Origin: Eledone cirrhosa
Lineage: Eukaryota
NCBI GenBank assembly: GCA_964016885.1
Contig: OZ024740.1
Location: forward strand, 322,462,001-322,526,000
Reading direction: 5' to 3'
DNA length: 64,000 nt
A program made the position numbers and the translations under genes. Below, one piece after another: positions 30,377 through 45,001 of this stretch. The notes under the pieces are model-generated. The model saw only the letters and a list, made by a program, of their open reading frames with translations, searched no databases and had not been told where the DNA came from. The first letter of the stretch is position 1; each line of letters begins with the position of its first letter.

Positions 30377-30609
30377 TATATATATATATATATATATATA
30401 GATACATATATATATATACAGATATATAGATACATATATATATATATATATAGATACATATATATATATATATATATAGATACATATATATATATACAGA
30501 TATATATATATATATATATATAGATACATATATATATATATATATAGATACATATATATATATATATATATAGATAGATACATATATATATATATATATA
30601 TATAGATAG

Positions 30610-30640
<31 letters not shown>

Positions 30641-30641
30641 G

Positions 30642-30678
<37 letters not shown>

Positions 30679-30681
30679 TAC

Positions 30682-30734
<53 letters not shown>

Positions 30735-30735
30735 C

Positions 30736-30768
<33 letters not shown>

Positions 30769-30773
30769 GATAC

Positions 30774-30811
<38 letters not shown>

Positions 30812-30832
30812 CTATATATGTATATATATATG

Positions 30833-31131
<299 letters not shown>

Positions 31132-31132
31132 G

Positions 31133-31194
<62 letters not shown>

Positions 31195-31199
31195 GATAC

Positions 31200-31252
<53 letters not shown>

Positions 31253-31293
31253 CATATATATATATACATATATATATATACATATATATATAC

Positions 31294-31380
<87 letters not shown>

Positions 31381-31395
31381 CATATATATATATAC

Positions 31396-31664
<269 letters not shown>

Positions 31665-32451
31665 CATATATATATACATATATAGATATATATATATATA
31701 TAGATATATATATATATAGATATATATATATATATATACATATATAGATATAGATATATATATATATATATAGATATATATATATATAGATATATATATA
31801 TATATATATATACATATATAGATATAGATATATATATATATATATAGATATACATATATAGATATAGATATATATATATATAGATATACATATATAGATA
31901 TAGATATATATATATATAGATATACATATATAGATATAGATATATATATATATATATAGATATACATATATAGATATAGATATATATATATATATATAGA
32001 TATACATATATAGATATAGATATATATATATATATATATACATATATAGATATAGATATATATATATATATATATATACATATATAGATATAGATATATA
32101 TATATATATATATACATATATAGATATATATATATATATATATACATATATAGATATATATATATATATATATACATATATAGATATATATATACATATA
32201 TATATACATATATAGATATATATATATAGATATATATATACATATATAGATATAGATATATACATATATATATATAGATATATATATATAGATATATATA
32301 TATAGATATATATACATATATAGATATATATATATATATATACATATATAGATATATATACATATATAGATATATATATATATATATAGATACATATATA
32401 TATATACAGATATATATAGATACATATATATATATATATATATATGTATAT

Positions 32452-32801
32452 GGAGGCACATGGCTTAATGGTTAGAGCATTGGCCTTGCAATCGAAAGGT
32501 TGTGAGTTCAATTCTCAGACCGGGTGATGTGTTGTTTCCTTGAGCAAGACACTTTATTTCACATTGCTCCAGTTTACTCAGCTGTAGAAATGAGACGATA
32601 GGGATTGAGATCCATATCATTCCACTGCAAAGTGGTCGTGGAGGTGCCACGGCAAAAAAGCACCCAGCACTCACTGTAAATGAGGTTGGTGTTAGGAAGG
32701 GCATCCAGCTGTAGAAATCAAGCCAGAATCAGTTCCCGTCTCACCCTTGCAAGCAGGGAAAAAGCGGACGTAAAATGAAATGATGATGAAATGATGATGA
32801 T
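32452..32801 (+). mobile_element. CORE-type SINE (family B) with RTE-derived tail, internally deleted
   Basis: tRNA-like head (TGGCTTAATGGTTAGAGC; GAGTTCAATTCTC), MIR-CORE-like CCTTGAGCAAGACACTT..CAGTTTACTCAGCTGTAGAAATG, RTE 3'UTR, (GAT)n. Confidence 0.88.
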
Positions 32802-32807
32802 ATATAG

Positions 32808-32838
<31 letters not shown>

Positions 32839-32917
32839 GATACATATATATATATATATATATATATAGATACATATATATATATACATATATATATATA
32901 GATATATATACATATAT

Positions 32918-32962
<45 letters not shown>

Positions 32963-33094
32963 CATATATATATATACATATATATATATATAGATATATA
33001 TATATATATATACATATATAGATATATATATATATATAGAGATATATATACATATATAGATATATATATATATATACATATATAGATATATATG

Positions 33095-33249
<155 letters not shown>

Positions 33250-33265
33250 CATATATATATACGTA

Positions 33266-33339
<74 letters not shown>

Positions 33340-33886
33340 CATATATATATACGTATATATATATATATATATACATATATAGATATATATATATACATAT
33401 ATAGATATATATATATATAGATATATATAGATATATATATATAGATATATATAGATATATATATATATATACATATATAGATATATATAGATAGATATAT
33501 ATATATACATATATAGATATATATATAGATATATATAGATATATATATATATATACATATATAGATATATATAGATAGATATATATATATACATATATAG
33601 ATATATATATAGATATATATAGATATATATATATATATACATATATAGATATATATAGATATATATATATATATACATATATAGATATATATAGATATAC
33701 ATATATACATATATAGATATATATACATATATAGATATATATAGATATACATATATACATATATAGATATATATACATATATACATATATAGATATATAT
33801 ATAGATATATATAGATATACATATACATATATATATATATATATAGATATACATATATATATATAGATATAGATATATATATATAC

Positions 33887-33925
<39 letters not shown>

Positions 33926-34676
33926 ATTATTTTTTTATGTACTTAATTTTCTCTCTTCCAAAGTTTAACTGAGAACTGGATAATATTTCAATATTATTAT
34001 AATCAAATGCTTTGTGGTGTTTGTTCTGGCTACTCATATCTTGGGTTCAAATCTGGCCAAGGTTTGCTTTGTTTGTCTTTCATCCTTCTGGGGCCAATAA
34101 CGTACCAATCAAGTACTGGCTGGGTTAATTTAATTGACTTTCTCCTTCCCTCAAAAATTGCTGGCCTTGTGCCTAAACTAGAATATGATGTCATTATTAT
34201 AATTGAGTTCTTAATTCGAGGTTTTAAACAACACCCCTCTGCCCCCTAATAATCTCTACATTTTCATAAAATAGAAAACAGTTTAAAAGCCAAACATGTT
34301 ATTTCACCTGGAATCACCAAGAAACATTTTACTTGGAATTACCTGGCTACAGTTCACCTGGAATTACATTTCGTATATTTTACTTAAAGTTAACTCCCTT
34401 ATTAAAATTTCAATTAGAATTTGCTTTATTATAATTTCTACTACAATTAATCACTTTGCTAAAATTTCAAAGAAATTACACCTGACCATCCATCCCCCCA
34501 TTTGTATTTCAACTAAAATTAGTTTTGTTTCAATTTCAACTAATATCACTTCTGTTTTATTTTTACCTACAATTAGTGCCCTTGTTATACAATAGTTACT
34601 TAATGTTGGGTATTGGATCAATAATAAAATTACTACACCTCAATAAACATTCTCATCTATTTGGTTTAAAAGCACA

Positions 34677-34721
<45 letters not shown>

Positions 34722-35557
34722 ATTACTATGATTAGTGGGGAGGTAACTCTAGCTTGATTCATATGACCTTCATTATAAATACATAACATTCTTTACCTTA
34801 TTCAAAATAAAATAAGAGGTATATTGATGATGATACAACTAAATATAAACGCATCCCTTCTCTTCTTCATTAAAATATATTCGAACAGAAAGTTCCCTGA
34901 CATTATATTTTTACAGTCAGTTTTTTTCTGTCCTCTCAAAACTTTGAATACACTGTTTTCTCATGTATATTACAAGCAATTTTAAACTAAAATTAAGGGC
35001 TAAAAAGGAGGTAGTATTATACACAAGTATATATTTCAAAAAGAATTTTCTGAGCTTGAAAATACTCATTTAATAAGTAATAAAATTATATCAATCAAAA
35101 GTATATATATGGAAAAAATCTGAAAAATTAATAAGCGGGTGGGGAGGAGGGGGGGGGGGGATTATTCAAGCCCTGAGAGTAGTCAAATTTGTATTATACA
35201 CAAGGATGTAATCAACCCCCCACACAGACCTCTTTTTTTAGCTTCAGTAAAAGGGGTCACATTATACATAATGAAATATGGCATATTGTTATAAAATGTC
35301 TATGTATAGAATATCAATTATATTGATTATATTGAAATATTGGTATATATGATTATATTGAGATATTAATGTAATGTATATTATTGTATAATGTTCACAT
35401 ACAAGATATTGATTATAATCAGCTATTGATTATATTGTTCTCAAATGTCAATGTACAAGATATTTTCTGTATAATTGATAAGAACTGTGTTTAACTCTCT
35501 CCTTGTCTCCCCTCCTTCCATGAACATCAGCAGCAGCCAATCATAATTTTATTATTA

Positions 35558-36540
35558 GGATGGTCTATTGGCAAAATCATTAGAACGTCGGATAACATGG
35601 TTTGCAGCATGGAGTTACAACCCTTTATAGTCTGAGTTCAAACCCTGCCAATGTTAACACTGCCTTTCATCCTTACTAGGTCGATAAAACAAAGTACCAG
35701 TAATGCACTGGGGTCGAGAAACAATTATTATTATTATTAGGGAGTTATATTGGCAGAATCGTTAGTGTCAGAAGAAATACCATGAGGTATTTAGTTATGG
35801 TTCTTTAAGTTCCGAGTTCAACTTTGATTTTCATTCTTTGGGGGTCGACAAGTTAAAGTACCAAATGTGAGGTCTTTGTACTCATATTTGAAACATTATA
35901 ATTAAAGGCAGTCGATTAACAGAATTTTTTAGAGCATCAGAGAAAATGCTTTTTGTAGTATTTTTTCTGGATCTCAGTGCTCTGCCATGGTCAACTTTAA
36001 CTTTCATCCTTATCAAAGTTGATAAACTAGAATATCAGACAAGTACTGGGTTGATATAATCATCTTACTCTCCTTCAAAGGTTGTTGGCCTTGTGCCTAA
36101 ATTAGAAACCAGTGTTAGGGCAGTGGGTTGGCAGAATTGTTAGAATATCAGAAAAATACCAACATCTATTTAGTTACAAGTAAAACTTTGATTTCATTCT
36201 TCTAGGGTTGATAAATTTCAGTATCAATCCAGTACTGGCTTTGATAGAATTCTCTCTCCAAATTACTGGCATCGTGCCATTAGAGCATTGGGCAGAATGC
36301 TTTGCAGCATTTAGTTATGGCCCTTTATGTTCTGAGTCCAAATCCCATTGAGATTAACTTTGCTTTTTATTTTTCCATGGTTGATAAAATAAAGTACCAA
36401 ATTGCTGGCCTTAGAAAGAATTATTATTGCCACGGTTAACTTTGCCTTTCATCCTTACGGGGTCGATAAAATAAAGTACCAGTAATGCACTGGAATAATT
36501 GCTGGCCTTATGCCAAAAGTAGAAACAATTATTATTATAG
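35558..36540 (+). mobile_element. Cluster of 5-6 decayed family A SINEs
   Basis: Repeated family A motifs, all on the + strand. Confidence 0.75.
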
Positions 36541-36839
36541 GTAGATATTTCAGTTTTAACCTTCTTCTCAGCCCCCTATGCCCTCCTTTCCAATCGCATT
36601 CTGTTTATTGATCCAGTTGAATTCTCTCAGGTATCCCTTAACTCCATAACCACTCTCACTCTCGCTTTCTCTCCTCTCTCCAGTAAAACAATATAACATC
36701 ACTAAGTTGTGTGTTAATTATACATTTTACCAATATGATTTAAAAAAAAATTTTTGACTTCACTTTCTCACAGACTTAGAAGCCAGTGGATTAAAAAAAA
36801 AACTTTGCTGTGGTAAGAAAAAAATAACACAAGGAAATA

Positions 36840-37088
36840 GATCCTTTGAAATCCTATTGATACCAAACTGCTTGAAACCACCCCTGCTACTGTCATTTTA
36901 AAGTGTTTATATTTATCCCAAAACCTTCCATCATAATTCTATGTGAGAACTTTGTTATGTTCCAAACACCAGCTTAATAATAAGAAAGTTATATTACTAA
37001 ATCTTTCTAAATTCTTGGTTATTTTTCAAAATTATTTGAAAACCATAGGCAGTGTCTTATATTAGAAATATGGTAATAAAAGGGTTAA
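36840..37088. mobile_element. TTAA MITE family 2 (decayed left end)
   Basis: Right end ATTAGAAATATGGTAATAAAAGGG-TTAA; homologous to 61790-62148 and 62803-63048. Confidence 0.6.
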
Positions 37089-37828
37089 AAGTAGTTTATT
37101 CAATAATTACCAAATATTTTTTATGTAATTTTCTAGTATATTTTGCTTTCACATTCCTGAAATTGAATCTTTTTCTCTTTGTTTTGAAATATTTTTCTGT
37201 ACAAATATCTTCCACAGATAAAATATAAAAATATATTGTGAACCAAAACAAATGTTTTCACTTTTAACCAAATCTTTCTGCTTATTGCTCTTAGTTGTCA
37301 TTCTATTTTTTCATTGACATCAGGAACAAACTGTAATTTCATCATCATCATCACCATTTAACGTCTGTTTTCCATGCTTGTATGAGTTAGATGGATTGTC
37401 ACATTCTGAGAGTTGACCGGTCAAGTGACCATGTCTTGCTCATATGTTCTGTTTTTGGCTTGATGTTTACGGCTAGATGTTCTTCCTAATACCAGCAATT
37501 TTACAGCATACACTGGGAGCATTATATCATGGCACTAGCACTACTACTTTACAGTGTGGACTGGGTGCTTTTTATTGTGGCATCATCCCTACCACTTTAA
37601 AGAGTGGGCCAGGTGCATTTCATTCTGATAAATTCTTGTTTGTATTTACTTACAAATTAAATAATTGCTCAATTAAGTTGGGTCCATAAAATAATCTTCA
37701 TTTTTTTTGTTGGAGACATTGAAGTTAACTTAAACCTGTCTTCAAGCATCTCATATTTTTATCAAATGACATCGCAGTCTTTCAGTGCCATATATATATA
37801 TATTAGATCCTAGCTATGGCAGATGTTG

Positions 37829-38342
37829 TGAAGGCATGTGGCCTAGTGGTTAGAATGTTGGGCTTATGATTGTAATATCATGGCTTTAATACCTGGATTG
37901 GATGATGTGTTGTGTTCTTGAGCAAAACACTTCATTTCACATTGTTCCAGTCAACTCATCTGAAATAAATGAGAATTGGCAGCAGTAGCTGGCAGTGAAC
38001 TGACATCCAATCTAGGAGAAGTCTTGTACTTTCATTTGTTTAACACCAATGAAACTGGGATAAGTTTTGGCTTGATAAGCGTCCAGGCTGGAGCAGATTT
38101 TTAACTCTGTGGTAGTTTAGAGTCCTGTTCAGACAAGAGTCTTGTACTTTCAGTTGTTTAATGCCAATGAAACTGAAATAACCTCAGACTCGATGGGTCT
38201 CTTGGCCTGGGACAGACTTTAACCCTGTGATGGACTGGAGTCCTCTTCTGGGGAAGTCTTGTACTTTCAGTTGCTTATCGCCAATGAAACCAGGATAAGT
38301 TCTGGCCTGATGCATCTCCAGGCTTGGGACAGACTTTAACTT
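37829..38342 (+). mobile_element. Decayed CORE-type SINE followed by 3 x ~118-bp tandem
   Basis: tRNA-like head and CORE-like block; AGTCTTGTACTTTCA..CCAATGAAAC recurs at ~38020, 38138 and 38255. Confidence 0.65.
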
Positions 38343-38837
38343 TTATGGCTGATGTTAGTATCATCTTTTTATTGAATATTTTTATGATTTAGGCTAATCC
38401 CCCTCTCCCACAATTTTACCCTCCTGTCCCCTTCCCCGTGCCCCAATTTGCATTGTTAAACCAATGCTTTTCCTAAATTAAATGATGCTCTTGTTGAAAT
38501 TCATTATCTAGAATTTCCTGTTTCATGCCTTTTCAATCTGTAGTTTATCTTTCAGATTCAATCAATCAATAATAATGTTTGATACATTTATTTTTTTCTA
38601 GTCTAGTTGCTTAAAATAATCTGATTTTTTTTTCTTTAGATGTTAATTTTTTTCTTTTTGTTAAATTTAAATTTGCTATAATTATTGTTGAAGTTATTTT
38701 TAATCTAAAAAATTTTACAAATCAAGTTTAAATATTTTGGAGAGACACAAGTATGATTCTAATAATAATAAAAATTAAAATGAAAAAAAACAGTTTCAAA
38801 AAAAGGCATTTGAGTCAATTTTGAAAACAAAATATTA

Positions 38838-39030
38838 CTGTATATACTCGTAGATAAGTCATTTTTTCTTTTTGCTATAAAAAAAAATGGGGTGTGAAAA
38901 GCCGCATGCGACTTATCTACCAAACCTTGCTCTGGGCTTGAAATCTTAAATAATGAAGCCAAAATATTATAAACATAAATTTGGGTGCGACTTATCTACC
39001 GCTGCGACTTATATACGAGTATATACAGGG
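38838..39030. mobile_element. Tc1/mariner/pogo-type TA MITE
   Basis: TA-CTGTATATACTCGTAGATAAGTC ... GACTTATATACGAGTATATACAG(GG)-TA; ~23-bp TIR; internal GCGACTTAT repeats. Confidence 0.75.
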
Positions 39031-39764
39031 TATATAATAGGATAAGAAAGCATGTGATGTGTTTGAGATAGAATTTCTTGAGGAATTCTTGTGTGAATAT
39101 ATGAAAAAATGTTTGGAGCTATGGAGTATTTTTTCTTGTTAAAGCTCTCCTGTTATTTCACCATAACAATGAATGAATGACACCTTGTGTTTGTTTCTCT
39201 CTCCCCCCTTTTTTTTTATACATCTACTATTGGCTAGATGTTTGGTCACAAACCAAATATATGCTGTTTTTTTTTTTCAGTTTAATCTTTATAACATTTT
39301 ATTCCTCGCCCCTATCTTGTAAATTTTTTTCCATCCACCCAAACTTCTAAAAAAAAAAAGCAAAAAAAACCCAAAATTATTAAAAAAATGGTGAAATTAA
39401 TTAGTAAAAAAAAAAACAACAAAAAGATTCCATTACCATTTTTTTTGTTTTTTCATAACATTATCTCGGACTTTTGTTGTTCTTTTTAGATAATATCCTC
39501 TACTTTTGCCTTGCTGGTCATTAAAGTTGCTCTCTCTCTCTATATATTTAGCAGTCCTGTGTCTTTTATTTGAAATATTTTAATTATTTATATCATTATT
39601 GATGGTTGACTTAGTAAAAATGATGATTGATGATTGCTGTATTTTCTACTGTCTGTCGAGCCACAACGATTTTAGACAATCGACAGAGTACTTTGTATAT
39701 ATGTATATGTGCTGTGCCCTGTAGGGCAGTCTTATGATAATAATAATAATTATACTATTATTGT

Positions 39765-40206
39765 GAAGGCGCATGGTTTAATGGTTAGAGCATTGGGCTT
39801 GCAATCAAAAGGTTGTGAGTTCAATTCTCGGACCGGGTGATGTGTTGTTTCCTTGAGCAAGACACTTTATTTCACATTTCTCCAGTTTACTCAGCTGTAG
39901 AAATGAGATGATAGGACTGGGGTCCCTATCATTCCTCTGCAAAGTGGTCGTGGAGGTGCCATGGCAAAAAAAAAGCACCCAGTCCACACTGTAAAGTGGA
40001 CGTGTAGGCGCCACGGAAAAAAAGCACCCAGCACTCACTGTAAATGAGGTTGGTGTTAGGAAGGGCATCCAGCTGTAGAAATCAAGCCAGAATCAGTTCC
40101 CGTATGAGCAAGACAAGGTCAGCTGACCGGACACTGCCCACAACAGGACAACCCGTCTAACCCATGCTAGCGTGGAAGAACGGATGTAAAATGTTGATGA
40201 TGATGA
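39765..40206 (+). mobile_element. Full-length CORE-type SINE (family B) with RTE 3'UTR tail
   Basis: tRNA-like head and CORE-like block; 39939-40206 aligns closely to RTE 3'UTR 56189-56447. Confidence 0.92.
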
Positions 40207-40640
40207 TTGGGAGAATCGGTAGAGCGTCGGACACACTGCTTTGCAGCATAGAATTACAGCCCTTTATGATCTGAGTTCAAATCCCGCCGGGGTTAACTTT
40301 GTCTTTCATCTTTACTGGATCAATAAAATAAAGTACCAGTCACGCACTGGGGTTGATTTAATTGACTTTCCCCTCACCCCAAAATTGCTGGCCTTGTGCC
40401 TATATAAGAAACCATTATTAGAGTGGTAAATTGGCAGTATTGCTTAAAGGTCAGACATGCTTTGCAGCATAGAGTTACATCTCTTTTCGTTCTGAGTTCA
40501 AATCCAGCCGAGGTTAGCTTTGCTTTTCATTCTTACGGGGTGGATAAAATAAAGTACCAGTAATGCACTGGAGTCGATTTAATCGATTTTTTCCCCTCCC
40601 CAAAATTGCTGGCCTTGTGCCTATATAAGAAACCATTATC
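40207..40640 (+). mobile_element. Two family A SINEs
   Basis: Same motifs as 8308-9110. Confidence 0.82.
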
Positions 40641-40649
40641 ATTACCAGG

Positions 40650-41006
40650 TGAGGGAGTAGTTATTTTGGGACCTTGAAATCAAGACTACAAACAAAGTCC
40701 AACACAACTGCCTTGATATTGTTGTAAAAACAAACAACCCCAACAAGATAGACTCTAGTTAATAATGTGATAACTCAAGACTCCAATGTGGCTGAAAATG
40801 AAATGGAAAAGATCAATAAGTTTGTAGACCTTGCCAGTGCTATTAGAACAGAAGTTGTACTAATCGCCATTGGGGCGCTAGCTATGGTCCCTAAATGTCT
40901 TATGTCTTTCATCAAAAACCTTGAGATACCTGATTTCATAGGCAGTGTCGAAATTTCTACCATCACCAGCACTGCTAGAATCCTATGTAATATATTGAGC
41001 CTCTGA
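40650..41006 (+). mobile_element. R4/Dong/NeSL-type non-LTR fragment (restriction-like endonuclease C-terminus), decayed
   Basis: WDLEIKT..HNCLDIVV (RPD-equivalent), EMEKINKFVDLA (K..KY..L), VVLIAIGALAMVPK, TARILCNILSL-stop. Confidence 0.75.
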
Positions 41007-41074
41007 GATCAGGGACTGATTTGAGGCCAATTAACATGCTGCACCTAGCAACTGATTGTTAGAGAAACCTTACA

Positions 41075-41452
41075 TTTAGAGCATCAGACATGGTTAGCAG
41101 CATAGAGTCACGACCCTTTATGTTCTGAGTTCAAATCCTACCGAAGTTAGCTTTGCCTTTCATCCTTACAGGGTCGATAAAATAAGGTACCAGTAAGCAC
41201 TGGTGTTGATTTTATTGCCTTTCCCCTCCTCCAAAATTGCTGGCCTTGTGCCAATAGTAGAAATCATTATTATTATTATTATTCGTAAAGTTACAGCCCT
41301 TTATGTTCTGAGTTCAAATCCCGCTGAGGTTAGCTTTGCCTTTCATCCTTACAAGGTCGATAAATAAAGCACCAATAATATATTGGGGTCGATCTAATTG
41401 ACTTTGTTTCCCCCCACAATTGTTGGCCTTGTGCCTAAATCAGAAATCATTA
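41075..41452 (+). mobile_element. Two 5'-truncated family A SINEs
   Basis: Same body and tail motifs. Confidence 0.78.
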
Positions 41453-41982
41453 TTTCATCCACATCATTTTAATATAATTAGGCAGTATAATTTATATGAA
41501 GTATTGTAAAATATGTGGTTGTGATTATTTGGGGAAAGCCAGTACGGTGCAAGTTAAATATACAAAAGTGAAAACTAGAGTAAAATAAGAAAACACTGTT
41601 ACCTTACATTTCATGATATTTCAAGGTCAAGACCATTATTTTTTAACACTGAAAGTATAAACTGTGGTTATGTTTTCTTTTTCTTACTTTAGTATTTTAC
41701 TCTTGCATTATACAGACTTTCTCAAAATAATTATAGCTGAAGATAATCACATATTTTGTCTTTAAAAAAAATGAACTCTCCCTTCAAGAGCAAGCTATGG
41801 GCATCCAGCTGTTTGATTAACCAACTGACCTACTGAATGAATTAGTGTGTAAAGTGGTGGTTAAGTATTCCTTAGGCATTTGTACACTTAACATAATTCC
41901 CAAGTAGACTCAACATGACATAACATGTGGCAAACTAGACCTTTGAATTACAGGTACAACATATACAAGTATATATAGTAAT

Positions 41983-42800
41983 ATTACAGAAAGAGTGATA
42001 ACAAAGTTGATTAGGGATAGAATTAATCTTGAAGAGATATAGCTTGGCTTTATGCCTGGGAGAAACTCTACTGCGACAACTTAGCATTTGTTGACTTAGA
42101 AAAGGTCAAAAGGCCATTGACAGTATTTCATGTTATATGGTAAGCACTCAGGAAGCTAGGGAAAGGTGAATAGCTTGTGGGAGTTGTACAAACCATGCAC
42201 AGGGATGCAGTCAACACGATGAGGATTAACAATGAGTAGACCAATGAATTTTGTATGTTAGTGGGATTTCACCAAGGATCAGTTCTCAGCTGAGAACTGA
42301 TCCTTGGTGATCTTATTAGCAGTGGAGGTGGGTGTTCTGAAAGTATTGTAGTCAGAGTGAAAACAGGGTGGAAAAAGTTTAGGGAGCTGTTATCGCAGCT
42401 GGTAACAAAAAGCTTCTCTCCTGGAGTAAAGCTTATGTTTGAACTGCTATACTACATGGCAGTGAGACATGGACCCTGAGTGCAGAAGATCTGTGGAATC
42501 TAAAATGAAATGAATGTAGTGTATGTGATTGACAGAGACTAAGCGAGCTGAGAGAAAAGACAAGAATATGAGGAATTAAATGTAGTGTATAAGAGAGAAG
42601 ATTGCTTTGGTTTTGTCATGTGATGCATAAAGAGAGTGAGAGTTGTATAAAAAGGTACTGAGCATTTGAATTGAATAGAACTTGTGAAAGAAATTATGGG
42701 ACAAAGTTAAGAATAATGACCTCAAGATATGGAACCTCACAAAGGAGATGACACAGGACCAAGTTGATGGACGGTATCCCATTATACAAAAACCCATTCA
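41983..42800 (+). pseudogene. Old RTE RT remnant with internal deletions
   Basis: Collinear with parts of 54770-56150: RVITKLIRDRINL, GFMPGR, LAFVDLEK, HQGSVLS, GWKKFRELL, LHGSETW; many stops. Confidence 0.85.
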
Positions 42801-42904
42801 CCAGTACAACTGACTCTGAAAGTAAATATGGGTGTGTGGCTTAGGTGAGTTGAGTGAGGGACTCTGTATAGGTGGAATCCAAAGGGGAGGACCTAATGGT
42901 ATGG

Positions 42905-43100
42905 AAGATTGGATTGGATCAATCCGGATCAGATCCAACTGGACCAGTTTGGACCAAATCGAGATCAGACTGGATCGGATTGCTCCAGACCAGATTGGAT
43001 TGCTTCGGACCAGATTGGAACAGCTTGGAGCAGAACAAAATAGTCCAGATTGGATCAGATCAGACTATATTGGGCTGTGTCAGTTTGGACTGGATTGAAT
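42905..43100. repeat. Degenerate pentanucleotide repeat (GGATC/GGATT/AGATC)
   Basis: Visible 5/10-nt periodicity. Confidence 0.7.
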
Positions 43101-43497
43101 AGATTAATATCTGTTCAATCTGATCTGATAGATGAAGAGATAAAGAGAGAATGAGAAAGAGCGAGAGAGAGAATGCTAAACATGAGATTAACAGCTAAAA
43201 ATGTATTTCCTTTCTATGATGTGGTAGATTTCATTTGTGTTCGTTTATAAACATGAAAGAATTTCTCCATATATATATAAATATATTCATATATAGAGTA
43301 GGGACCCCTCCTTCAGTCATGGGTAATCATGGGATTTGCATATAGAGAGATGCCCTTAGAGGCAGAAGTCCAGTTAGAGTTGTTTGCGGAGAAATAGCGG
43401 TCGCCATGCATGCCGGTCTCCCCTCTCTACGTTACCAATGCAGTAGTGTGAAGTGGGGTGTCATACTCAAGAACAAAACACACACATATATATAAGT

Positions 43498-44050
43498 GAA
43501 GGTGCATGGCTTAGTGGTTAGAGCATTGGGCTTGCAGTTGAGAGGTTGTAAGTTTGATTCTCAGACAGAGTGATGCATTGTGTCCTTGAGCAAGACATTT
43601 TATTTCACATTGCTCCAGTTCACTCAACTGTGGAAGTTAGTTGTGGCATCACTGGTGCCAAGATCTATCGGCCATTGCCCTGGACAACATCAGGGGTGTG
43701 GAGAGGGGAGACTGGTATACATGGGTGACTGCTGGTCTTCCACAAACAAACCTTGCCCAAGTTTGTGTCTCGGAGGGAAACTTTCTAGGTGCAAAACCAT
43801 GGTCATTAGTGACCGATAGGGGGGGGGGGTCTAAATATATATATAAAGTGGTTGTGTGGATGTCTTGACAAAAAGCACCCAGCCCACACTGTAAATGAGG
43901 TTAGCGTTGGGAAGGGTATCCACTTGCCAGAAACAGTTCTATATGAGCAAGACACGGTCATCTGATCTAACTTGCTTCTAATGGGACAACCCATCTAACC
44001 CATGGTAGTGTGGAAAATGGACGTTAAATGATGATAATGATGATGATGAT
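43498..44050 (+). mobile_element. Composite CORE-type SINE with extra middle body and RTE tail
   Basis: tRNA-like head, CORE-like block, body 43685-43830 (reverse copy at 43300-43440), RTE 3'UTR, (GAT)n. Confidence 0.7.
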
Positions 44051-44535
44051 ATATATAATTATGGAATGAAGCTTATGGAATAGAATGGAAACACCTTCGA
44101 TCGTTTCCTCACTCTCTCAATAATATAATTATGTCTGAATTATTAAAATTCAAACCCAACCGATTAGAGTGTACACTAAAACGTTAATCTGTGAGGAAGA
44201 CGACTTCGTGTATGTATATATATATAGTTAGAATGTGCTTCTGCAGCTTCCATGTTCCAATTTTTACAAAGAAAGCATTGGTCAAACCAGGGCTATAGTA
44301 GAAAACACTTTCTCAATGTGCCATACAGTGGGAAGTGACCCCAAAATCATGTTAATTGATCTCCTTAACCATAAACCCATGTCTTAGTCGATACAGTTAG
44401 TATCATCATGATCATCAACGTTTAACGTCTATCTTCCACGCTAGCATGGGTTTAGTGTGTAGTTTAGTAATTAGTTGTGTGTAATATGTGTTAGGAGAAA
44501 AGAAAAAGAAATGAAAGTCACAATGTATGTATATA

Positions 44536-44541
44536 TTTATT
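44536..44541 (-). terminator. Candidate BUD23 polyadenylation signal
   Basis: AATAAA on the minus strand 25 nt after the stop; U-rich tract follows. Confidence 0.55.
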
Positions 44542-44566
44542 ATATCACAGCCATATATATACAGTT

Positions 44567-44621
44567 TCAAAACTTAGGACCCCTCCGTCTTCCTGTGTAT
44601 TTAGTGTCTGGTCGAGTATCC
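44567..44621 (-). CDS. BUD23: BUD23/WBSCR22 last coding exon
   Basis: TTTTCAG acceptor; (R)DTRPDTKYTGRRRGPKF-TGA, matching the conserved BUD23 C-terminus. Confidence 0.95.
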
Positions 44622-45001
44622 CTGAAAATAGAAAATTTATATTAGCTCATGGTGTAATTAATACAGTAATTAGTACATATATATACATACTTGTTGTTTA
44701 TATATACTTATGAATAATGGTGTATATATATTTTTTTTAGTAACCATAAAACAACACTAGAAAGCAGCTTATAAAATTTAAATCTAAATTTAATTCCAAA
44801 GAGAAGAAACTGGAACATTTTTCTCTGAGAGTTCATTATACTCTGAAAAAGGGAATTTTAAGTCCCAAAATATTAGGACGAAAGAAACAATAGCAACAAA
44901 ACAAAACAAAGATTACCAGGTCAGTTACTTTTTCGTTACCTCATCTTACAGTCCATTTTGCATTGTTTAGCCATACATTACTTTCCATATTATATATTAT
45001 A

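Noticed and set aside
32452-32525. tRNA gene (also 39765, 43498)
   Set aside because: A/B boxes are present but there is no closing acceptor stem or poly-T terminator; sequence continues into SINE body.
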